A stretch of DNA of 64,000 bases from positions 6,181-70,180 of the forward strand of contig CAZEQC010000008.1 of NCBI GenBank assembly GCA_964514285.1. The letters are read 5' to 3'. The position numbers and the translations under genes were made by a program. The DNA is from an uncultured Anaerolineales bacterium. Its GTDB lineage: Bacteria; Chloroflexota; Anaerolineae; B4-G1. Of the stretch, positions 20,087 through 27,241 are shown piece after piece; position 1 is the stretch's first letter; each line of letters begins with the position of its first letter. Below the pieces are notes generated by a model. The model saw nothing but the letters and a program-made list of their open reading frames with translations. It ran no database searches and was not told where the DNA came from.

Positions 20087-20989
20087 ATGCGCTTCATCGT
20101 CACCGGCGGGACGGGTCTGATCGGTCAGGCGCTGAATGCCAGCCTGGTCGCCGACGGCCACCAGGTGATCGTCCTCAGCCGCCGCCCAGAGCGCGCCCCC
20201 GCGATGCCGGACGGCGTCCGCGTCGTGCAGTGGGACGCCCGCACAGCCGAGGGCTGGGGCCACTGGGCCGATGGCGCCCAGGCCATCGTCAACCTCGCCG
20301 GCGCCCCTCTCAACCGACGCTGGACGCCGCGCTACAAGCGCGTCATACGTGACAGCCGGGTCAACGCCGGTCGCGCCGTGGTCGACGCCGTGAAGAGAGC
20401 CGACCAGAAGCCCCAGGTCGTGATTCAGGCGTCCGGCGTGGGCATCTACGGCCCCTGTGGCGACGAGGTAATCACCGAAGAGGCAGAACCCGGAGAGGGC
20501 TTCCTGGGACGGACCGCTGTCGCATGGGAGGCATCTACGGGACCGGTCGAAAACCAGGGCGTCCGTCGGGCCATCATCCGCAGTGGTGTCGTAATCACCA
20601 TGGAGGGTGGCGCCTTCCCGCTCCTGGCGCTGCCGTATCGCCTCTTCGTCGGCGGCCCCCTCGGCAGCGGAGATCAGTGGCTTCCCTGGATCCACATGGA
20701 GGACGAGGTGCGGGCCATTCGCTTCCTCATCGGGCACGAGGCTGCCAAGGGCCCCTTCAACCTCTCCGCGCCCCATCCCCTCACCAACGCCGAGTTCGGC
20801 CGTGCCTTGGGGCGGGTGATGGGTCGGCCTGCTCTGCTCCGGGTGCCCTCCTTCGCCATCCGGCTCGTCCTGGGGGAGATGAGCACCGTGGTGCTGCATG
20901 GCCAGCGGGCGATCCCGAAGCGATTGGTGGAGCTCGGATTCGGCTTTCAATATCCGGAGGCCGAGGCCACACTGCGGGACTTGTTATGA
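20087..20989 (+). CDS. TIGR01777-family NAD(P)-binding epimerase-like protein (SDR fold + DUF1731)
   Basis: 'MRFIVTGGTGLIGQAL' Rossmann motif and C-terminal 'GQRAIPKRLVELGFGFQYPE'. Confidence 0.8.
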   Translation: MRFIVTGGTGLIGQALNASLVADGHQVIVLSRRPERAPAMPDGVRVVQWDARTAEGWGHWADGAQAIVNLAGAPLNRRWTPRYKRVIRDSRVNAGRAVVDAVKRADQKPQVVIQASGVGIYGPCGDEVITEEAEPGEGFLGRTAVAWEASTGPVENQGVRRAIIRSGVVITMEGGAFPLLALPYRLFVGGPLGSGDQWLPWIHMEDEVRAIRFLIGHEAAKGPFNLSAPHPLTNAEFGRALGRVMGRPALLRVPSFAIRLVLGEMSTVVLHGQRAIPKRLVELGFGFQYPEAEATLRDLL

Positions 20990-21043
20990 AAGCCAAGACC
21001 ATCCGGATAGGTATCCATCCCCAGTTGAACGCAGGAGGCGAGC

Positions 21044-21406
21044 ATGAATTGGATCCACGTCACATCTGAAGCCGATCTGCCAGACGGAGCCCGACGTGTC
21101 GTGTCCGTCGCTGGAAGAGAGGTGCTGCTGATTAACCACGCAGGCAACATCCATGCCGTCAGCAACCGCTGCACACATATGCAGGCCAAGATGGAGAAAG
21201 GCCAGGTAACTGAGGACGGCGGCATCGTCTGCCCTCGCCATCACAGCGTCTTCGACCTGGAGACCGGCGCAGTGGAGGAATGGGTGCCCTGGCCGCCGCT
21301 GGTGGGCCGCGCCCTCGGCGCTATCTCACAGGAGAACACTTTGCCGTCCTACCCAACCAAGATCGAGGATGGGAAGATCTGGATCGGCATCGAGGAGGGC
21401 CAGTGA
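21044..21406 (+). CDS. Rieske [2Fe-2S] domain protein
   Basis: 'CTHMQAKM...CPRHHSVF' (CxH...CxxH). Confidence 0.8.
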   Translation: MNWIHVTSEADLPDGARRVVSVAGREVLLINHAGNIHAVSNRCTHMQAKMEKGQVTEDGGIVCPRHHSVFDLETGAVEEWVPWPPLVGRALGAISQENTLPSYPTKIEDGKIWIGIEEGQ

Positions 21407-22452
21407 ACACTGGTCAGCCCCTCACGCTGATGCGCGCCGAGGACCTACCCTATCTGACCGACGACCTCCCCGGGATTGGTGGCGAGATCAAAGTGGAACC
21501 TCAACACTTCGTCGTTGAGGAGATACCGCTATACGAGGCGTCCGGTCAGGGCCAGCACGTCTACATCCGTCTCACCCGAGAGGGCTGGACCACGCGCGCG
21601 CTCCAGGATGAGTTAGCCGACATTTTCGATCTGCGCGATGTCGACGTTGGCTGTGCAGGTCGAAAGGACAAGCACGCCCGAACCACTCAGACTTTCTCCC
21701 TCAACCTACCGAACGCCGATGAGGCCGAGGTCGCCCGCCGCATCCGTGAACACCTGCCTGTCGAGATCCATTGGGCACGCCGCCACCGCAACAAGATCAA
21801 GGCCGGGCACCTGCTCGGCAACCGCTTCCGTATCGTGGTCTTGGACCCAGGGCCGGACGCGCTTACCAAGGCCGAGGCCCTCGTTGAGGCCCTGCAAGCT
21901 CAAGGCCTGCCCAACTTCTACGGCCCCCAGCGCTTCGGCCGCGAGGGCGACAACGCCGAGCGGGGACGCAAGATTCTCATCACCGGGCGTGGCCCGCGCA
22001 GGCGCTGGTTGCGTCGCCTGCTGCTACGCGCCTATCAGTCAGCCCTGTTCAACACCTGGCTGGTGCAGCGCATCGGGCACGGCTGGTTCCAGCGGCTGCT
22101 GGTCGGTGACCTGGCCAAGAAGCTCGACACCGGCGGCCTCTTCCAGGTTGAGGACGCCCAGGCCGAGCAGCCGCGCTTCGAACGCGAGGAGATCACCTAC
22201 ACCGGCCCCATCTACGGCTCCCGTATGTGGTGGGCCGACGGCCAGCCTGGTCAGCTGGAGCGCCAGATCTTGGAGGAGGCCGGCGTGACCGAGGAGATGC
22301 TCGACCGCGCCCACCTCAACGGCAGCCGCCGCCGCGGCCGCCTGCTGCTGGATGACCTTGAGGTCGAGCGGCATCCCGACGGGCTCCTGTTCACCTTCAG
22401 CCTCCCTAAGGGCTCATACGCCACAACCGTTTTGCGAGAGGTGATGAAATAG
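21403..22452 (+). CDS. truD: tRNA pseudouridine(13) synthase
   Basis: 349 aa. 'IKVEPQHFVVEEIP', 'GCAGRKDKHARTTQ' (catalytic Asp loop) and 'NFYGPQRFG'. GTG 21403 overlaps the Rieske stop (GTGA) after GAGGAGGG. Confidence 0.85.
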   Translation: MNTGQPLTLMRAEDLPYLTDDLPGIGGEIKVEPQHFVVEEIPLYEASGQGQHVYIRLTREGWTTRALQDELADIFDLRDVDVGCAGRKDKHARTTQTFSLNLPNADEAEVARRIREHLPVEIHWARRHRNKIKAGHLLGNRFRIVVLDPGPDALTKAEALVEALQAQGLPNFYGPQRFGREGDNAERGRKILITGRGPRRRWLRRLLLRAYQSALFNTWLVQRIGHGWFQRLLVGDLAKKLDTGGLFQVEDAQAEQPRFEREEITYTGPIYGSRMWWADGQPGQLERQILEEAGVTEEMLDRAHLNGSRRRGRLLLDDLEVERHPDGLLFTFSLPKGSYATTVLREVMK

Positions 22453-23015
22453 TGACGTTACCAACCCGCCTCCTCAATGGTCGGTGGATCCGCCTCACCG
22501 CCTTGACCGAGGACGACGTCCCCTCCATTGCTCACTGGGATGAGGACAGCCGTTTTCTGCGACTCTATGACACTCGACCTGCGTGCCCGCGCTCCGAGAA
22601 GGAGGTCGCCCAATGGCTCGATGACCTGCGGTCCTCATCCCGCACCATCGCCTTCGCCATCCGCCCGCTCGATAGGGACAATCTGATCGGCACGCTTGAG
22701 CTCGACGGCATTATCTGGCCCCACCGCGTCTGCGGGATGGGCATCGCCATCGGCGATCGGAGGCACTGGGGCCAGGGATACGGCTCCGAAGCCGCCCTTC
22801 TCGGTCTCTCATTCGCCTTCGATGAGCTGAACCTCCACCGCGTGACGGCGACGGTTTTCGACTACAATCACCGCTCGATCGCGTTGATGGAGAAGCTTGG
22901 CTTCCGCCACGAGGGCACCTTCCGCCAGTTCTTGGAGCGCGACGGCCATCGCCACGATATGCTGCTTTACGGCCTGCTCCTCCCCGAGTGGAGAGCCCGG
23001 CAGGCCGAGGAATGA
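22452..23015 (+). CDS. GNAT family N-acetyltransferase (RimJ/RimL-like)
   Basis: 'WGQGYGSEAALLGLSFAFDELNLHRVTATVFDYNHRSIALMEKLGFRHEG'. Confidence 0.8.
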   Translation: MTLPTRLLNGRWIRLTALTEDDVPSIAHWDEDSRFLRLYDTRPACPRSEKEVAQWLDDLRSSSRTIAFAIRPLDRDNLIGTLELDGIIWPHRVCGMGIAIGDRRHWGQGYGSEAALLGLSFAFDELNLHRVTATVFDYNHRSIALMEKLGFRHEGTFRQFLERDGHRHDMLLYGLLLPEWRARQAEE

Positions 23016-23623
23016 CCCCTATGCTCCTGCGCGGGATGATCATCGGCTTCTCCATCGCCGCGCCTGTAGGGCCGATCGGCGTGCTCTGTATCCGCCGCAC
23101 GGTAGCCCAGGGGCGAGCCGCCGGCTTCGTCTCTGGGCTGGGGGCCGCCTCGGCCGACGCCATCTACGGTTGCATCGCCGGGTTCGGCCTGACGCTCGTC
23201 TCCGGCTTCCTGGTGGCTCAGCAAACGTGGATTCGCCTCGTGGGCGGTCTCTTCCTCTGCTACCTGGGCGTGCGTGCGTTCCTAGTCGAGCCATCTGCAC
23301 GGGCGCTGTCGCCCCAGGCGCGGAGGCTGGCGGGCGCGTACGCCTCGACATTCCTGCTCACACTTGCCAATCCGATGACGATCCTCGCGTTTGCCGCGAT
23401 CTTCGCCGGGTTGGGCCTTGCGGAGGTAGGGCGAGATCACGCTTCGGCGGCGACGTTGGTGCTGGGCGTGTTCTGTGGCTCAGTGCTCTGGTGGCTCGCC
23501 TTGAGTGGTATGGCGAGCCTCCTTCGCGAGCGTCTTGACGCCCGCGCATTACGCTGGGTCAACCGTATCTCCGGTCTTGTGGTGACCGGATTCGGCCTGG
23601 CAGCCATAGTGAGTCTGTTGTGA
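23012..23623 (+). CDS. LysE/RhtB family amino-acid exporter
   Basis: 'GFSIAAPVGPIGVLCIRRT' N-terminal signature and 6 TM. ATGA overlap with the GNAT gene. Confidence 0.85.
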   Translation: MTPMLLRGMIIGFSIAAPVGPIGVLCIRRTVAQGRAAGFVSGLGAASADAIYGCIAGFGLTLVSGFLVAQQTWIRLVGGLFLCYLGVRAFLVEPSARALSPQARRLAGAYASTFLLTLANPMTILAFAAIFAGLGLAEVGRDHASAATLVLGVFCGSVLWWLALSGMASLLRERLDARALRWVNRISGLVVTGFGLAAIVSLL

Positions 23624-24846
23624 GGTCCTGGAACAGAGCTATCATCGTCTTCTCGCTGGTTGGGGCGATCAGCCTCGGCCTTTGGATGGCATGGCGCGCG
23701 CTTTCGCGGCACAACTCACGGGAGGTCCAGTCGCCAGCCCGGCTCCAGCCCGTGACCGCCCTGACCGGGGGCGACGTCACCGGGTTCGCCCGTGCCGAGG
23801 CACCGCGCCCCTTCGACTTCCCAACCGATCACGGCCCCCATCCCGATTTCCAGACTGAGTGGTGGTACTACACCGGCAACCTGGCGACCGACGACGGCCG
23901 CCGTTTCGGCTACCAACTGACCTTCTTCCGCCGCGCGCTGAACCCGCCGACAGACCGCCAGGAGCGCGCCTCGGACTGGGCCACTGAGCAGATCTATATG
24001 GCCCACTTCGCACTGACCGATGTGGAGGGAAGCCACTCCCACTATGAGAAAGGGAAGCGAAGCGACTCGCACCACGCTTTCGAGCGCTTCAGCCGCGGCG
24101 CAGCCGGCTTGGCCGGAGCCTCATCGCCACCATACCGTGTCTGGCTCGAGGACTGGCGTGTGGAGCAGGAGGGCGACGACCCGGGCGTCGTCCGCATGGA
24201 GGCTGCCCAGGAAGACATCGCCATCGATCTGCAGCTCATCGACCGCAAGGGGCCTATCCCACAGGGCGACCGCGGCTACAGTCAGAAAGGGCCCCAGCCC
24301 GGCAACGCCTCCTACTATTATAGCCAGACGCGCCTGCAGACCTCCGGAACAGTTCAGGTCGGGGAGAATACCTTCGCGGTCGAGGGCTGGAGCTGGATGG
24401 ACCACGAGTACAGCACCAGCGCTCTGGGACCCAACCAGGTCGGCTGGGACTGGTTCGCGCTCCAGCTCGACGACAGCACTGAGCTCATGGTCTTCCAGAT
24501 CCGCACCACCGATGGCGGCATCGATCCCCTCTCCAGCGGCACCTTGATTGAAGCTAACGGCGATACACGCCACCTGGAGCTGGAGGACTTCACCATCACG
24601 ACCGAGGCCACATGGCGCAGCCCTCATTCCGGCGCCACCTACCCCTCCCGCTGGACGGTCGAGGTCCCCAGCGCGGACCTGACGCTGGCCATCCAGCCCT
24701 TCATCGCCGACCAGGAGATGAACGTCTCGTACGCCTACTGGGAGGGTGCCGTCAGCGTCGAGGGACAGCGTGCCGGGGAGACGATTACCGGTCGCGGCTA
24801 CATCGAGATGACCGGCTACGCCGGCTCGATGCAGGAGCAGTTCTAG
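23620..24846 (+). CDS. CrtC/AttH-like lipocalin-fold protein (carotenoid 1,2-hydratase family)
   Basis: N-terminal TM, then 'FPTDHGPHPDFQTEWWYYTGNL...GYQLTFFR', typical of the hydroxyneurosporene synthase/AttH family. Confidence 0.7.
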   Translation: MRSWNRAIIVFSLVGAISLGLWMAWRALSRHNSREVQSPARLQPVTALTGGDVTGFARAEAPRPFDFPTDHGPHPDFQTEWWYYTGNLATDDGRRFGYQLTFFRRALNPPTDRQERASDWATEQIYMAHFALTDVEGSHSHYEKGKRSDSHHAFERFSRGAAGLAGASSPPYRVWLEDWRVEQEGDDPGVVRMEAAQEDIAIDLQLIDRKGPIPQGDRGYSQKGPQPGNASYYYSQTRLQTSGTVQVGENTFAVEGWSWMDHEYSTSALGPNQVGWDWFALQLDDSTELMVFQIRTTDGGIDPLSSGTLIEANGDTRHLELEDFTITTEATWRSPHSGATYPSRWTVEVPSADLTLAIQPFIADQEMNVSYAYWEGAVSVEGQRAGETITGRGYIEMTGYAGSMQEQF

Positions 24847-24908
24847 ATGATTCGTCGTCTGTACTTCCAATATGGCTGGTCAACAAGAATGGATAAGAGA
24901 GGCAACCT

Positions 24909-25244
24909 ATGAAACTCGCGAAAGCTATCGCACTGCTCGGCGTCGTCGCTATGAGCGTCGTGCTCATCTACGCCTTCACCACCGGGAGCCTCGGCCAGGA
25001 GGGCAGGGTCCTGCTCTCCATGCCCTGGGGCATCGTCTCCCTGGTCGACCTCTACGTCGGCTTCATCCTCTTCTCCGGCTGGATCGTCTATCGGGAGAAG
25101 GCCCTCATCCCCTCCGTCATCTGGGTCGTGCTGATGATGGTCCTCGGCTTCTTCACCGCGAGCCTCTATGTGTTCATCGCGCTTCAAACCAGCGGTGGCG
25201 ACTGGCGTCGTTTCTGGATGGGAAGGAGATGGCAAGATGCGTAA
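24909..25244 (+). CDS. small 4-TM membrane protein (DUF1475-like)
   Basis: Hydrophobic profile. 'PWGIVSLVDLYVGFILFSGWIVYRE' resembles DUF1475. Good RBS. Confidence 0.5.
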   Translation: MKLAKAIALLGVVAMSVVLIYAFTTGSLGQEGRVLLSMPWGIVSLVDLYVGFILFSGWIVYREKALIPSVIWVVLMMVLGFFTASLYVFIALQTSGGDWRRFWMGRRWQDA

Positions 25245-26226
25245 GCCCTATTGGTGTTCGTGCCCTGATGAGAAGGAGCCAACAGTTCGTCTCGGCATAA
25301 GCACGTGTCTGCTGGGCGAGAACGTGCGCTATGACGGCGGTCACCAGCGGGACCGTTTCCTGATGAACAGCCTCGGCCGGTTCGTCGAATGGGTCCCCGT
25401 CTGCCCCGAGGTCGAGATCGGCCTTCCGGTCCCCCGCGAGGCCATGCACCTGGAGGGCGATCCGGAGAATCCTCGTCTGGTCACCATCAAGACCGGCAAG
25501 GACTACACCGAGCGTATGCAGACCTGGGCGCGAGAGCGGCTGGAGGAGCTCGCCGACGAAAACCTCCACGGCTTCGTCTTCAAGAACCGATCCCCCAGCT
25601 CTGGTCTCTACCGAGTCAAGATCTACGATGAGCACGGCATGCCCAGCCGTACCGGGACCGGCATCTTCCCCCGCGAGGTGATGCGCCGTTTCCCCCTACT
25701 CCCGCTGGAGGAGGACGGCCGGCTCCACGATATGGGGTTGCGCGAGAACTTCATCGAGCGCATCTTCGTCTACTGCCGCTGGAAGACGATGCTCCTGAAC
25801 AACCCCACCCCGGGCGGCATCGTCGACTTCCACACCGCCCACAAGTTGACCATGATGGCCCACAGCCAGGAGCACTACCGCAAGATGGGACGCCTGGTGG
25901 CCCAGGCTGGGAACCTGCCATGGTCGGAGCTCGTTGACCGCTATGGGACGCTCTTGATGGAAGGCCTCAAGGTCATGGCCACCACGGGCAAGCACGTCAA
26001 CGTCCTCCAGCACCTGATGGGCTTCCTCAAGGATTTTCTGTCCAAGGAGGACAAGGCCGAGCTCTTGGGCGTCATCGACGACTATCAACACGAGCTGGTG
26101 CCCCTCATCGTCCCCCTGACGCTGCTCAGACACCACCTCAATCGCAATCCGGTCGCCGACTGGGTCCATCAACAGGTCTATCTCCGGCCCTACCCCAAGG
26201 AGCTAATGCTCCGCAACCACGTGTAG
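25237..26226 (+). CDS. DUF523 (TudS-like [4Fe-4S]) fused to DUF1722 (YbgA-like)
   Basis: 'RLGISTCLLGENVRYDGGH' and 'WVPVCPEVEIGLPVPRE' (DUF523), then the DUF1722-like helical half 'HTAHKLTMMAHSQEHYRKMG'. Confidence 0.8.
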   Translation: MRKPYWCSCPDEKEPTVRLGISTCLLGENVRYDGGHQRDRFLMNSLGRFVEWVPVCPEVEIGLPVPREAMHLEGDPENPRLVTIKTGKDYTERMQTWARERLEELADENLHGFVFKNRSPSSGLYRVKIYDEHGMPSRTGTGIFPREVMRRFPLLPLEEDGRLHDMGLRENFIERIFVYCRWKTMLLNNPTPGGIVDFHTAHKLTMMAHSQEHYRKMGRLVAQAGNLPWSELVDRYGTLLMEGLKVMATTGKHVNVLQHLMGFLKDFLSKEDKAELLGVIDDYQHELVPLIVPLTLLRHHLNRNPVADWVHQQVYLRPYPKELMLRNHV

Positions 26227-26238
26227 GAGCCCTCTTCG

Positions 26239-26568
26239 ATGAGAGTCTGGGATATCCGGCCGGAGAACCTTTGCCGCAACCACCTCCTCGGCGAGCACGC
26301 CGAGCTTCACGGCATCTGGACCATCCTGACCCAGGACAAACAGGGGTACGCGAACCATCCCGAGGTGGCACGCTGGCGGGGCAAGCTCAGAGCGCTCTAC
26401 AACAAACATGAGGAGATCGTTGCCGAGATGCTGCAGCGCGGCTACCGGCACAACAGTCCCCTCAACCGCAAGCTGGCCACCGGCAGCGAGGAACAAGACA
26501 CGCTCGTCGATACCCTTGAAGAACAAGGTCGCATCTTGAGAGACAAAGGCTGTGGCTGTCAGGTTTGA
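26239..26568 (+). CDS. pyrimidine-dimer DNA glycosylase (T4 endonuclease V-like family)
   Basis: 'MRVWDIRPENLCRNHLLGEHAELHGIW...HPEVARWRGKL..L..RH' matches the Pyr_excise family pattern. Confidence 0.75.
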   Translation: MRVWDIRPENLCRNHLLGEHAELHGIWTILTQDKQGYANHPEVARWRGKLRALYNKHEEIVAEMLQRGYRHNSPLNRKLATGSEEQDTLVDTLEEQGRILRDKGCGCQV

Positions 26569-26809
26569 CGTTCAGCTCACGAACAGCTTTCTGGCCGCTG
26601 AGCCAGCGACGCCTTACTTAACAGGCTCTCAAGGCGTTGCCATCCTCAGCGTGCCCCCCATTTGGGCGACTCGCTTCAACGCCCAGGCTGGCTTTATAAC
26701 GCGTCTAGGAGATCTTCTCTGTGTTCTCCGCACAAATGCCAGAATCGACGTAGTCGCCCATCATCTCGCGGCTGAGAATGGCAGAGCCGTGATACATTCT
26801 CCGGCAAAC

Positions 26810-26838
26810 TTGACAGATACTCTGATGCGTGATAGGAT
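26810..26838 (+). promoter_or_regulatory. sigma70-like promoter (TTGACA-N17-TAGGAT) heading the W/Mo super-operon
   Basis: Perfect -35 at 26810-26815 and -10 at 26833-26838. The predicted TSS at about 26845 coincides with the first leader hairpin. Confidence 0.45.
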
Positions 26839-26844
26839 GCTCTG

Positions 26845-27241
26845 GAATCGTACCGAAAGGTAGGATTCGAACCTGCACCTTACAAGCTCATAGCCACATC
26901 TCTGAACCGCTTGCCCTAAGGCGTCATCGAAGGGACGCTATGGCTAGCGGTCGCAGTGCCGTCTTCTGACGGCCAACGGTATGCAGGGAAACCTGTATAC
27001 CCCCCGTGTTTGGAAAGGAGAATGAGGCGAGGACTTCTTATGACCGGCGCCCTCTTCCCGATGCTAATCGGGCTTGTCCAATCTGGGGGCCGGTTCTTTG
27101 TTGCCCCGGACCCGAGCCCGGTTTGCCCCCTTTCCAGTGTGATACCCTGCAAACCCCACCAGTCAGCGCTAGGGCGCTAGATTGGTGAGGTCCTGTAGCC
27201 GTGCAGATTCCCTGCCAGATCTCTCGAAAGGATGGAAACCC
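26845..27241 (+). promoter_or_regulatory. structured 5' leader of about 400 nt, unclassified cis-regulatory RNA candidate
   Basis: Hand-folded plus-strand hairpins: 26845-26868 (GAAA loop), 26934-26952, 26958-26973 (GCCGTC/GACGGC), 26978-27001 (10 bp, GAAA loop, one G-U pair that would be an A-C mismatch on the minus strand) and 27057-27072 (CCCGAT/ATCGGG). No convincing ORF. Confidence 0.4.

Noticed and set aside
26552-26863. A 103-aa plus-strand ORF overlapping the end of the glycosylase gene and the promoter.
   Set aside because: It has no RBS and no recognisable family, its composition is atypical for this genome, and it runs through the predicted -35 and -10 boxes. Probably non-coding.
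26858-26878. A GGTTCGAATCC T-loop-like motif on the minus strand, suggesting a tRNA or a tRNA-fragment att site.
   Set aside because: I could not fold any acceptor, D or anticodon arms around it (no complementary 5' acceptor about 70 nt away). The motif is better explained as the 3' arm of a plus-strand hairpin, GAATC-G-TACC-GAAA-GGTA-G-GATTC (26845-26868).
27022-27180. A 53-codon ORF inside the leader (MRRGLLMTGALFPMLIGLVQSGG...), possibly a leader peptide or RiPP precursor.
   Set aside because: The GGAAAGGAG sits only 1 nt from the ATG, which is too close for a Shine-Dalgarno. The ORF runs through stable hairpins. There is no supporting evidence without conservation data.
26870-27200. A possible tmRNA, RNase P RNA, SRP RNA, cobalamin riboswitch or Moco riboswitch in the 670-bp non-coding gap.
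   Set aside because: It has no GGGG...TTCGAC 5' end or ...CCACCA 3' end and no credible ...LAA tag ORF (tmRNA). It has no GAGGAAAGTCCGG or ACAGAACCCGGCTTA boxes (RNase P), no GGAAGCAGCC domain-IV motif (SRP) and no GCCACTG B12 box. My memory of the Moco consensus is too imprecise to accept or exclude it, so it is left as an unclassified leader.
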